From contig ADNK01000855.1 in the NCBI GenBank assembly GCA_000320545.1, forward strand, positions 20,658-84,657: a stretch of 64,000 nucleotides of DNA, written 5' to 3'. The notes under the pieces are model-generated. The model was not told the DNA's origin, did no database searches, and worked only from the letters and a program-made list of their open reading frames with translations. The position numbers and the translations under genes were made by a program. This document shows, piece by piece, positions 17,631-30,243 of the stretch. The stretch is from Bigelowiella natans CCMP2755. Taxonomy: Eukaryota > Protista > Cercozoa. The number at the start of each line of letters is the position of its first letter. Within the stretch, counting starts at the first letter, position 1.

Positions 17631-18194
17631 CATTAACGCATCGACAGTGTAAAGCAAAATTTAAAGCTTTTGTGCATGATGACGAGTTTCCAGCACGCAT
17701 CGATCGTCCTACCTGTGTTATTGACGTAATAATGATGATGAGGAGGAAGAGGAGGAGGCGGAGAGGAGCACCACCGCCACTTTCCTCATAGCAATTACCG
17801 TCAGGTCCTTCCTTAAACGTGGAATTGCTGTCGTTCAGTAAGTGTGAACATGAGACAATGGGATGGCGAAAGTACCAGTCGTGGATGGATCAAAGGACGG
17901 AACTCGTGTGCGACGGCTATTCCAAAATATGGTTGTCAAATCATCTCTGCGACTGATGATGCTGCTGCTGCTGCTGCTGCTGCTGTTGATTGCTCATGGC
18001 ACTTGCGTGACAGCGGCAATGCTTGCTGATCACGATGGGCATAAATTGGGCGTTGATGGTGATTACAGGTGTGTGACGTTCCCTTACCATGCTCCTGGAC
18101 GTGCGTTCTTCTGCCATGCGACGAACATCCTCGAGGAAGTTGCAGGGAACGGCCACAAATTAAGATGGAACGCTTACTGTAATATGTACACACA

Positions 18195-18234
<40 letters not shown>

Positions 18235-18731
18235 CACGTACACGCACACGCACATATTCACTTACTGTAACATCTCTCCTTTATAACTTTCCAAGGCACG
18301 CAAACGAACGTGTGGAAGCGCGGACGTTTCTGGGCAGAGATGGGCAAATCGATGAAGCTTTATAAGGGAGGGGACAGCGCACTGAACATCGTCACTGGAG
18401 ATCCTCCAGGCAAGGCTCACCTCTTTAAAGAGGGGGGAGGGAGAAAGAGGAGGAAGCACATTATATGCTGCGTGAAAATCTCTCTCCCTGCCCTCTTCAT
18501 TTTATCAATGTTATCGTTATTGTTGAGTACCAGGATGTGATACGACACGCTATGCGCCTTTCGTATGTGACTGACCGTTAGCAGGGGGGGTGCGGGAATA
18601 CTCCCAAAGCAAGTTGACCTACATCCAAGTCGCCGATTGTGAGTTCTTAAATCCAGCGCATTGCCAAGGCTGTCCCATGCTCGGGTAGTAGTAGCAGTCG
18701 CAGTTAGCAGCAGTAGTACGACGTAGTAGTC

Positions 18732-18762
<31 letters not shown>

Positions 18763-19240
18763 CCGTAAGGCAATGGTAGAGAAGCAGATCAAGAGCAAGA
18801 GTCACAAGTGGAATACGCTGCTGAGCCATCATCATCGGCGATAGAAGATATTAATGCAATCGATCACTAATGAATTTAAGTCCTGACCCCACTTACCTGG
18901 TGAATATGCTAAGTAGCATTGCGTGCTCGGAAGACTGAATGGTGCTGATTATCGTCTTGCGTATTACAGCTACATGTTCCGTACTCTTCTCAAGGCGAAG
19001 AAAGAGGAGGTCGAAAGCAAAACACGACAGGGGGGGAGGGAAGAGGGTGGAAAAGACAGAAAATGATCGACGATAGATAGGATCCAGCAAAGAGAGAAGA
19101 AGAAGAAGAAGAAGAACAACAACAACAACAACAACAGGAAGAAGGAAATATTTCTATGGCATAAAATTAGTAATAGCTACTCGCCCACCAACGCACATGT
19201 ACATGCAAACATACAGCGAGCTGCTAATACCGTTGCTGTT

Positions 19241-19275
<35 letters not shown>

Positions 19276-19686
19276 CACACCTTACCGCTCATAATGCATA
19301 ATCCATCATGATCTAGACTCGTGTAGTCGCGACGTATCAGCACCACAAACATAACTACCCGCTCCCCGATCTAGAAGTCATGTTCGGTACTAGCTCACTC
19401 TGAACCACAACATACTAGCTTCCTCCAATGAATTGATGATGATGATGATGATGATGATGGTGACGACGACGACGACGACGCCGCATTCTTTTGCACACAC
19501 CGGCTACAAATCGTACTTCGGCCTCCCGGCTGACCCCTTCACTTCCAGGGCAACCTCGTGTCAACGAAAGCGTCGCCATCAAGTTGGATCACAAGGAGGA
19601 GGAGCAGGGGGGGGGGGGGGAAGAGGTGAAGGGCAAAAAACAGTCATTATGGTTGAAGCAAGCAGTCTTCAGCCCGGAGGTATAGC

Positions 19687-19722
<36 letters not shown>

Positions 19723-21494
19723 TTAATCAGCAGTAGTAGAAGAAAAATAAGAAGTAGAAGAAGATGCATGTGCTGTGTGTGCTGAATTTCCAACCATATT
19801 ACTGATACGTTTACTGCTGCTGCTGCTGCTGCAGGAAAGTTCGTCTTTTGGCAGTGAAAAATCTCCTCCCCCCCTCCCTCCTCCTCCTCCTCCTCCTCCT
19901 CCTCCTCCTCCTTCTTCCCTCTTCCTCTCCCGTCCTTCTTCGCCGTCCAAAGACATTTTTGCGGAGCCTAATAGTGATATCTATGATTGCGAAGTGACAC
20001 CTAATGTTCGTTCGTTCAGCCCTACTACGCTCCCCATTGGCAGAAGAACCGCGGGGACAAAAACTGCGAAGGCAAGTCGCACTTCTTCATGAGCTATCAG
20101 GAGGAGATGCTCCCCGAGACGGAGAAGATCCTCCGGAGGGACATGCCTGACCTCGCCAACGATTTCTGTGGGTGGCTGCGCAATAATTTCCGGCTGAGGC
20201 TTCCGAGGGACGAGGAGGGTTTCATCAACGGCGTCGTGCTTAACATAGACAGCTGCAGCACGTAAACGACTAAATCATACTATCCCTTCCCCAACCCCCC
20301 TCTCTCTCCATTCCTCTGTGACATCTGTGATTCTCCCCATCCACCTTACTTTTCCACATTACTACTCTCACCAACACTACCCCCCGGTACGATGCGGCAG
20401 GTATTCAAAGAGCTACAGCGACGGGGGCGTTATTTGGATTATGAGCCGGCAAGGTAGTACTTCACCAGAAATGCTTAGTCCTTCTCACGACGAACACCAA
20501 TATCTATGGGAATTGCCGCTGGCCCCCGCTTCTTATGCTGCTGCTGGAGATGATCATTGATGTGTTTGATGCTGCTGCTGGAAGTGATAACGAGGATTTT
20601 GAAATAATGATCAGGACGGCGGCGTTCGCTGTTGAATCTGGGTGAAATCGCGGCTGCACTAGCTGCCGCCATTCCTTCTCGGGCAATTGTGATTGCAGAC
20701 CCTGGGCACTTCCCATACCTCGTTCAGTAAGAACAGCACCAAAAGCTGCCTCACACAAACAGCAACATCACAGCCATGATACAGCGATACAGCTCATGCT
20801 TTGTTGGGTGGCGGTGGTTCTGACTCAGGTACGCATTGCCGACGCGATCGAAGATAGTGACGGGGATGCATTCTGGAGGTCCTTCTACTATTGCTGTTGC
20901 CGCCGCTTGTATCGAATGAGCGCTCAGGATCCTCCTCGCCGCATGCCATCAGCCACTCTCTCATTCGTATTACTACAATCACCCTTAAACAGGAATGTGG
21001 GGCGCTGTAAGATGGATGACCGCTGGACAGGTCAGAGAGAAGAACTCGAGGGTTTCTTTTTTTTTCCCCCTGCAGAAAGACGGCGGTGATGTTGCGAATC
21101 TCTTCTTCGGTCTCCTCTCCGCTGATTACCTTTGATCTTCTGGATCCTTGTCTATTACTGGCCAGATCATGGCTGAGATTTTGCCCATTCTTGGCCACGG
21201 GGACTCTTGTATGAACGCGAAGATGGTCGGTGTTCGATATTTTGCGGCGGTCTGTGAGACCTGCATAAGAGATAAGGTGAGCTCGGTTTCTGTTGCCATT
21301 GATTAGTTGCAAGCCTACACGAATGCATATTTCAACTATTTGTAATCGACTCTAAAATTCGTGATCAACCTACGAAGGGAGGGAACATTGGAACTGAGAA
21401 GGTGACAGAGATGATTGCCTCTGCGATAACGGGCATCGGTAAGAACAAGGAGCTCAAAACCTGCAAAGGGATCCCCGCGATGACGAAAGGATGA
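16628..21494 (+). CDS. Multi-exon membrane-anchored protein, probably glycosyltransferase family 61 (DUF563/EOGT-like)
   Basis: N-terminal TM helix (LITWIVLANIAVQVLFGIAFFGYY), Q/G-rich stem, many in-frame exons (e.g. 20040-20261). The C-terminal exons RRRSLLNLGEIAAALAAAIPSRAIVIADPGHFPYLVQ and KIVTGMHSGG resemble the GT61 R-x-I-x-N...Q and G-x-HG-A motifs. Some 3' junctions are unresolved. Confidence 0.45.
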
Positions 21495-22289
21495 CCGTCA
21501 GGAAAGCATCATATCTGTACATATTCGGAACAAGGTCTAAATATCAATGATTATCAAATAAAAGCATGTTCAAAAACACGACATTGCTAGATTGTGCTCG
21601 CGCGCGTCTAGCGCGAGTGTGGGCTAGCTGCGAATAAATGTAGCACACCATCTCTAGATCTGATCTAGCTTATGGTCTTCGGTCATGGCTGCATTTGTCG
21701 ACCTTGCTCGCTAGCTGGTGCACGCTAGCTACACGTAAGCTCACTAGCTCATCACGATGCTATTCGCTGCGCACTACACTAGTACAGACTGGCAGAGCAG
21801 ACAGACATCGATGAGTCAAGACTAGCTAACACTAGAAGATGCAGCCCACTAGCTAGCTAGCCCTTCATCCGAGCCACCGCGATCGGCAATGCACAGCATG
21901 ATGCCTTTAGCTAGCTATAGCGCTCTAGCTAATGTAGTGCTGCTTGCTAGCTTGGTGGTTAGGGTTGCTGCTGTTGTAGGGAAAGTGTGAGGCAGATCGG
22001 CGCTCTAGCGCTGCTAGGCAAAGCGATGTGAGCCATGCTATGTGTAGCCAAAGCAAGGAGGGTGATGTCGTTGTGAAGATTGAAGTTTGAAGGTTACTCA
22101 TGCGCGCACATGCACATGCCAACGTACACCAGAGTGTGGCCACAATAATAGTATATATGATATTACATGTCTATAATCACATCTAGACATATTCAACATT
22201 CATTTACGAGCATTGGAGGTATTGTCCCAATGTGCATATGCATATTCGTTATTTCACTTGTGTTTCGCTATGCTAGAATGGTCAAAATA

Positions 22290-22791
22290 TCATGGACTAC
22301 GAATGAAGTCTTCAGACTCAGGATCGTATCCCACTTGCTCTTGGGCGATACCAAGCGTTCTTAGCAGCTCTCCCATGCCACCCTGCTGACAGTGTCCCCT
22401 CTCCTGGCTCTTGGCAAGAAGATTCTCCATAATATCTTGCACAGCCTATTTTTATCGATAGTGCATTTACACCAAAAGTTTTTGAATTGTGGTGAGTGTG
22501 GAGCTGAGATGTCGGAATGGTGATTAACATGATGCAGTGACAGCGTGCATATACTAACTAGCCGGGTGTTGTGTAGTACCGATTTCCATTTTCGGGCTAA
22601 CCGTTCGATTTCCTCCGTCTATTTGTTTTGGTCGAAGCCATTGTGTGCGCACAGGGGTTAGTGGGAGGAGGTAAGATTGTCTTATCGTTGTTACAACTAC
22701 TCGATATTCTTGGAAGGAAAGTAGAGCAGGGATGGAATAATAATAGTGCAGCGCGAGTTACAGTAATAGGCACCGCCAACAAACACGCACA

Positions 22792-22873
<82 letters not shown>

Positions 22874-24785
22874 GAGAAAGGGAACATAAATGCACATTCG
22901 TAGCAGCAGATTCGCTGCAACATGCTCGACCTCTTCCAAGGGAGGCAGTTTGGCATCTCCGAGGGAATCTTTAAGACGAGCAAGTTTGAAATCGATGATG
23001 TTTGCCATTCTTGAGAAGGGCGTCAGTGGCGTGACGTCCTCCTCCCCCCCTGCCTCCATCACCCTTCTCCGTTGACTACTTCGTCGTAGGCTACGCCGTG
23101 CTCTCGCTCCCCGTAGAATCGTCTGACTCTTCTTCTTCTTCTTTTCCTTTGAACAGTAGCTGCTGCTCCTTGGTCTCCTCCTGTGGTTTTCCCGGTTCAT
23201 CCTCGCAGCCCGGATAGCGAGCGCTCTCTCTTTGTTGCGCCGGGTCCTGTCCGTTTGGGAGCACGACATCTGCGACGATTTAGAATTCTCCACTGCCAAA
23301 CTGCTACTACCCTCAGCTTCGTTGTCATCTTGAGGAGCGTTTTCAAGCTGGTTACAGCTTCCTCCTCTTCCTCCTACTTCCCTCTTCGTCGCTACCACCG
23401 TCCACAGTATGGAAATTGGCCTGCGCGTGTCGTGGTTAAACACAGTTGCATTGATCTGTCCCTCACGCTCCAGGCACTCCAACGCTTCTAGCACCTGAGG
23501 AGGAAGCAGAGGGGAGACGCGGGGAATAAGTATTCAATTTATAGATGAAAGCAATGATTGATTTTTAGTCATGCCTGCTCCTGAGAGGCTCCAACAGTAG
23601 CCTGTGAGCACGAGGAGACAGCAGACCGAGCGGTGACGATGCTGTGCACCATGGAAGCAGCATGGTCACCGTTCTGATCTGTACAAGCACTTGCACCGGC
23701 GCGCTCCTCCTTCTTCTTCACTAACAGTTTGAGATAGGTATTGAGGGACATGCGAGGGGGGGGGACTGTATGCGGATCCTCGTTGCCGTTGCTGTTGCCG
23801 CTCGACGTTGCTCCTGATTCTACGGGTTTATTCTCGTCAGATATTTCCCGCTGGTTCTTTGGTCGCCCTTTCTTCTTCTTTTCCTCACCTGCTGCGTCAT
23901 CAGTATCATCACCATCAGCATCACCAGCAGCAGTGTCGTCATTCTGTCTGAGCCACTTTCGGATTTTTCTCAGTAAAGCGGCGATCGCCTTGCCGCTGAC
24001 GACCGGAGACATGACAAAGTGTGTCCTGTCTTCGACAAAGCTGTGAGAGAAAAATCAGCAGAAGATGCATAGAGTTGGAGGATGGGGAGGAGGAGGAAGA
24101 GGAGTAGGAGCATGGAAAAAGATGTACACAAAGTCAGATCTCATTGGCACTCGCCTCCATATATCCACAACAACCTCCCTCCCCTCCCAACCCACCCTAT
24201 GCTGAGGAGCAGATCCAGAGCGCCAGCTATCCCTTCAAATTTTTTCATTACATACGGTACCCTTAACTTCCGGTACCTGTTAACAAAGGGTAGGAAAGAA
24301 ATGGGGTGATGCAATACTTCCCGAGAAGGATGACCATTGAGTTTAAAACATAGAGTACGACGGGCAGGATATCAACTTCATCACCATTGCTATTCTTATC
24401 ATCATTCATCAATCATTTCAAGTGCTTCGGCATAGTTATCTCCGAAACCGACTCCGGTCGGTTTTGCCCCCCCACTAGGTACCTTCTGGTCCGGGGATGT
24501 TTGACGATGTTAACCATGACAGTCTGGATGAACTTCATTGCTCTCCGCTTTTGCAAGATGGAACAGCCTCCATCCCCACGTTCTTCACCCTTCAAACCAT
24601 CGCTGCTCTCGCTATTCTTCCAAATTATTAGAGAGCGGACAACGTCCGGGTCGGGCGAGTCGTCTTGCGTTCCGTCGTCGCTTGAAGCCTTGGGTGCTTT
24701 CGTTGGCATCGTCGTTTTTCTCCCTTGTTTATCCTCTTCACCGGGTGCTACTCTCTTCGGCCGAGAAGATAATGATAATGATGAT

Positions 24786-24816
<31 letters not shown>

Positions 24817-26370
24817 TGGTGGTGGTTTTCTCCCCTCTCCTTCGAGAAGTTGAACCAGCAGAGGGACAGCTTGATTTAAGATTTGCTACCTTGGAAAGCA
24901 TCAGCGGGGAGGAGGAGGAGGAGGAAGCTCCCCCACCGACACCAGCAGCTACAGCTCTCTTCGACTTCTTTCCCATCTTACGGCGATTCTGATTCACAGC
25001 AGGTGACATAGTCGTGGTGGTGATGCCTTCTCCATTTGTGAATGCTGTCGCTCCCTTACACCGTTTGCCGCAACGTCTGCTCGACGCTTGTTTTTTGGTA
25101 CCATTGCGTATGCCCCTAGGTTTCTTAAAGACTTTACCTTCCGGAGGAGACATCACGATTGTTTCACTGAGAGCTTGCGTGTTCTGTTCTGAGGCAGTCG
25201 TCAGCACAGAGAGCAGAGGTGATCGTGATGTGTCAACTTTTCCATCTTGTCTTAGCAACTTTGAGGAATGCTGTGGATTTTCATCATGAGATGACGTGGG
25301 TTTCTGGGACTGGGCGACGTTCTTCAGGGCTAACCCCAAAGGATTCGTATTCTCAGCATTTTCACCGTTACCCTTCTTACTGGTTACGCCCGTAGAAAAC
25401 CAGTGTTTGCGAGCTGATGACGATGTCGTAGCTGATTTTCTAGTCTTTTTCCGCTTCGGCGTGCTCTTTTTTGCCGACCGCGATTTTACGGAAAGTTTTT
25501 GTGAGTATTCTGCGTTACAAAGTAGGACGGGAAAGAAAATAAGAACATAGAGATTCTCTAGATCGGTAGTAATGGGCCTAGTATGCACAACCTTCAGGAT
25601 TTTGTAGTCTCTTGAAGTCGCGGAGAATGATTCTAAGACACAGTTTATTAACAAATTTTAGCGCAGCACAAGCATCGTTTGAAATTTACGACGTTACGTT
25701 TTCACAGGTTGCAGTGGTCGCTCTGTTTGAGCCGGTAGCAGTGTGATATCAAATTCAGTGCTAATATAAAAATCAGAACGCAAATAGAAATACATCAGTT
25801 GGAATATAATATCATATTTCTGTTCGTCACCCATCGAGGTCTATTGTTTGTTCCTTGCCCTTGTAGCTTCCCTTATAGCTGAGAAAAAGGCGACGCAAAA
25901 GTAAGTTGATGTTCAAAAAAATGCCGTTTAAAGTTGTCAACCTAACAGTGATTATTCGGCCATCCACTACTTTGACATCAGCGTCACATCCTTTTCTCTC
26001 GTCTCGAAGATTCCATTCAACCCTGATCTGCATTCCTGGGTGGACCCCGACCCCGTTAAGAACGCTCTTTTTCAAAATTTCTTCATGTGCCTCTCGATCA
26101 CTTTCTGAAAAAAAAAAAAAATCACTCGGGAGAGTCCTAGAATTGTAAATTAGAATTCATTACCTTCAAGAATACAGCCAGCTTCGTTATCCTCTTCTTT
26201 CGCCTGAACAAACGCAAGGATCAGAAAAGTAGCAATGTAGAACCATCTGTAAAATGCTTCGTACGGTATAGTAGAGCTGAATGGCGTCGATATAATCGTT
26301 GCTCGCTTTTGCAAGGAAGTAGCGAAGGAGCGACAAGTCAGCTTTTTCTGATAGGAGATACCACTCAGCA
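22290..26370 (-). CDS. Large multi-exon, low-complexity Ser/Lys-rich protein whose last exons encode an Sfr1/Mei5-like C-terminal domain; may be more than one gene
   Basis: Long open exons 25654-24413, 24012-23569, 23494-22900. Terminal exons read TEEIERLARKWKSV...DIMENLLAKSQERGHCQQGGMGELLRTLGIAQEQVGYDPESEDFIRSP* (stop 22290-22292), resembling the SFR1/Mei5 L-x-x-KW...L-x-x-L-G...Y-D/N-x-x-x-E-x-F pattern. A 5' exon DLSLLRYFLAKASNDYIDAIQLYY looks UBA-like. Confidence 0.5.
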
Positions 26371-27166
26371 CTCGTTCAAGAAAACTTTCTAACCTTTTTC
26401 AAAATAAAATCCGGCAAATCGAAATTGCCACCTCCCACAAAGCCTTTCATTTTCTGCAACAAGCCCTCTTCCTTCCGTGAAGTTTTCCTCCGTTTGGATC
26501 GATGATGCGCCTCCATCGGAATGAAGCCGAAGTTGGAGGGAAGCTATTCCCCTCGCATTTAGAAATTGCAGATTTTGTTGGACATTTCATAGTTGCGACA
26601 TCATAATAAGCTCAGATTTAGATTCCGTACAAAACAAAGGGAATATTTCCCATTCTGGACCCACTCGGACGTCGGATGCATAAAATCAGCTCCTGCCAGT
26701 TTCACGCTTGAATTGTCTTATGCGACAATATAACATGAGTGACTCACAGGCAGATTCACGAAGGTTTTAAGCGTTTCTAAGGGTTGATGCGATTTCAACA
26801 CCTGACAATTGTATAGTTTCAAAGTACGACAGACGAGTTCCATTGTCGTAGTTCAGGAATTAAATGGTTTTCACTTCTGCGGAAACTTCCCAAAATAGAC
26901 CCTCCTCTGCGCTTCCCTGAACGAACATTCTCGGACGGTGGTAAGTGAACCAAGGGGAGAAGAAGGGAAATAGAGATAATGGGATCATGGCATCGGCAGC
27001 AATCTGATATGTGTGTTCAAACTTATGAGGCAGAAAAAAGTATTTTTTCGAGCGATTAAACTAATGGATTGATGCGATGTAGGTGATTGGGAGATATTTG
27101 AGGTCAAAGACGAAACTGCTTCTCCAACTTTATTCGGAAAAATAAGCTTTAACGTAACGAGGTAGT

Positions 27167-28767
27167 ATGGACGATCAGCTAAGACGCGCTATTGAAGCAA
27201 GTAAACAAACTGCACAGCAGGAAAAGCAGTCAAGGCAAAGAGATACTCTCTTGCAGCAGGCACTTGCTGCCTCAAAGGCTGAGGAGGAGAGGCGGAAAGC
27301 CGAAATCGCCCGGCAAGCACAAGCACGCGAAAGAAAGGTCACCGGTAACGCGCAAATGAGCGAGGAAGAGCAGATGCGGCTCGCCATTGAGGCTTCGAAG
27401 AAGGAAGAAGAACGCCGGAAGGCTTTGTCCAATAACGATGAGGCACTCAAGCTTGCAATTGAGAATTCCAAAAAGACAGCCAAGGAAGAAGAAGATCGAC
27501 GCCGACAGGAGGAACAAGAACTTAACTTCGCTCTGCAGCTCTCGGCGGCATTGTATCGAGCTAGCAACGTTAGCCGTCAGCTCCACGACCAAAAGGGGCC
27601 AGTTCAAGGACATATTCAGAAGGAATACGCTGTCCCTGTTGTTCCTGGGACGCTCGACGTCAATCTTATTGAGGCACAGGGGCTGCCCAACATGAAGACA
27701 GGAATGAACCGCATGAAACCCTACGTAGTGCTCCGTGTCATGTCCATCGCGCCAGTGGGTATTCTCAATCTTACGATCCATAAGGCCGAGGGATTGCGAA
27801 AAATACAGATGATCGGCCAGCAAGATCCCTACGCCATCGTCACGCTCGATGGGCGGCGGAAAGCCACTACTAAGGTCCACTATGATTCGGGTCGCACACC
27901 GGTATGGGAGGAGAAGAAAACTGTGACGCTCACGGGCAAGGAGAAGTCGGGCTCCATCGAGATCCAGATCTGGAACAAGAACATGATGTCAGACGAGCGC
28001 ATTGGGTATTAGTACATCATCAAATTTGAGTAGGCTATGTAGTATAAAGCTGGAGTTGTATTGAGTTACTTTGTAGCGATTCGGCTGGTTGGTCGTTCGT
28101 TGTATGAATGCCCCAGTCTCTCATCTTTCCTTCTTGATTAATGGCTATGCAGATACGCGTACCTCGACGTGGCCGATGTCTTGTCCCCCAGTAAGAAGAA
28201 GTGGCTAAGGGTAAATCGGAAGAAGGGAAAGCATCACAGCAGCAGCCTCGATGGCAAAGTTTGCGTGTCCTGGGATTTCCAGGCGCACTGTGCACCCTCC
28301 TTCAAACCCCTGAAGGTTGTAAACGAATTCACGTGCGAAGAGAGAGGAGGGAGGAACAGGCAGCACCGTGAATATTTTTAACTACTGCACTGAATGAAAA
28401 AAGGGAATGCCAGAACATTTGGTCCTACCTTCTACCACTATTGAATTATATCAACCCGTACCAAAATGCACATAATAATAATAGGTGCTCGAATCTAAGA
28501 CAGGATACGTCGGGGGCCCAGATCCCAAGTGGGAGAATACCCTGACGGTCAAGGACATGGTGTCCAATTGCTACGTGCAGGCGACCCTCCGCAACAAGAA
28601 GACGTTCGGTACCGACACGATTCTGGCCATCTCCAACGTTATCTCCGTGCAGGGCGCTATTCACCAGAACTTCTTCACAAAGGGAAAGAACACTTGGTAT
28701 TTAGCAGTAGTAGCAGCAGTAGTAGTCATGGAATATCTTACACAGTAGAAGTAGTAGTAGTAGTAGT

Positions 28768-28798
<31 letters not shown>

Positions 28799-29304
28799 GC
28801 GGTAGTAGTAGATCTTGAAAGGTGTAGTCGGGGTGGAGATAGGTAGCGGAGAGTATTAGGGCGGAAGCAGTGTCGTCTTTTCATTCAAAACGACACACCA
28901 TCTATCCGATCATCCTTTTCAATTTCCTTTCTAACCGAGCCACCTTCGAGACATGTCAAAAGCTCGTACGCATCTTCTACCTTTTTGCCCTGAGTCAAAA
29001 CCCGAAACTACGCGGCCCAATTGTCGTCCATCCACGTAGGTACCCGCTGACACCCTCCAACGCCACCCGCTCCAAGTGCACCAACAACAACGCAGGCAAG
29101 ATTAAGCTCGAAATCAAATTCCGAGACGAAGACCACCCTGATGGCATTGTGCCTGAGGAAATTGAGCCACAGATTCCAGACGTTGATGTCATCGAAGGCG
29201 CCCAGGTGGTAAGCTCTGGTCCAGTTGTGGAAGCAACGGTCGTCAATGCCCACGCTCAAGTAGGATCAGGCGATGTCTTGGCTGCAGAAGTCCAACCGTT
29301 TTAG
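27167..29304 (+). CDS. Protein with five ubiquitin-interacting motifs (UIM) followed by two C2 domains, one nested in the other; 4 exons
   Basis: UIMs: DDQLRRAIEAS, DTLLQQALAAS, EEQMRLAIEAS, DEALKLAIENS, EQELNFALQLS. C2 strands: GTLDVNLIEAQGL..KPYVVLRV; GILNLTIHKAEGL..DPYAIVTL..TPVW..IEIQIWNKNMMSDERIG; GGPDPKWENTLTV..GKIKLEIKF. Confidence 0.88.
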
Positions 29305-30243
29305 AGGAAGCAAGAAGCACAATGAATAAGGAGAGAAGCCATGTGAACAAGAACACAATACAAGAACAAAACAAAGCGGAATCTCATCATTGTTTTCCTA
29401 GGAGAGATTTTATTGCATGCCAGCACAACTTTCAACCGTGAATAGCTTATGGGACAAGTTTACGTTTAGACTGCCTCTCTCTTATTTAATAGTAAGCTAA
29501 TATCGATCATGACGGCATTTCTTGCATGTGCAATATACCAACAAGCAGGCACGATATGCCATAGACACAGGGCCATGTGGCGGTGTCGCATGTACGATGC
29601 AGCTTCATCTCCATTATCTCGTTTGCTTGCCCGTCTAACACACTACTCATCCACAAGCAAATAATGTTATGTGCTACCTATCATAGTTCATAGTAGCATT
29701 GCTTGGGACCCACATGTATGACATTAGACAGCATAGCAGCCGAAAGAATAGCCTACGCATGCACACATGTTACGCGCGGACTGCACATATACGCATTGTA
29801 CTGTCGTCTCAGACTACACGCTCCAGTTGCGTAAGTTATTTATCGCATTGCTCTGTTCCATGCGTACTTCGCTTTTATTTCTCTGTTCTGCGAAGTATCC
29901 TGCTCTGCTTGTGCAATTATCTTATGCTGATGTTTTAAATTGCATGATCGTTTTCCAGCATACACCAGTCAGGCCTCATTATTGGGAGAGAGCGAGCTGT
30001 AGCGAATTTCAGTTAGAGTCATTCAATATCAGCATGTTTGTAAGGGCTGTGCGTCTCGAATGTCCCCTCTTCGAAACAAGCACTGTATGACAGACATCAT
30101 AATGCTGATTGTAGTGGTACTACATTATAGCTACATTAGGATGACCATTGAAAAGACTTAATCACTTCATTACATCTGTCTCACATTAATGTACGCATTT
30201 ATGCATTTTTAATATATTCTGCCCAGTAATGGTAACATTATTG

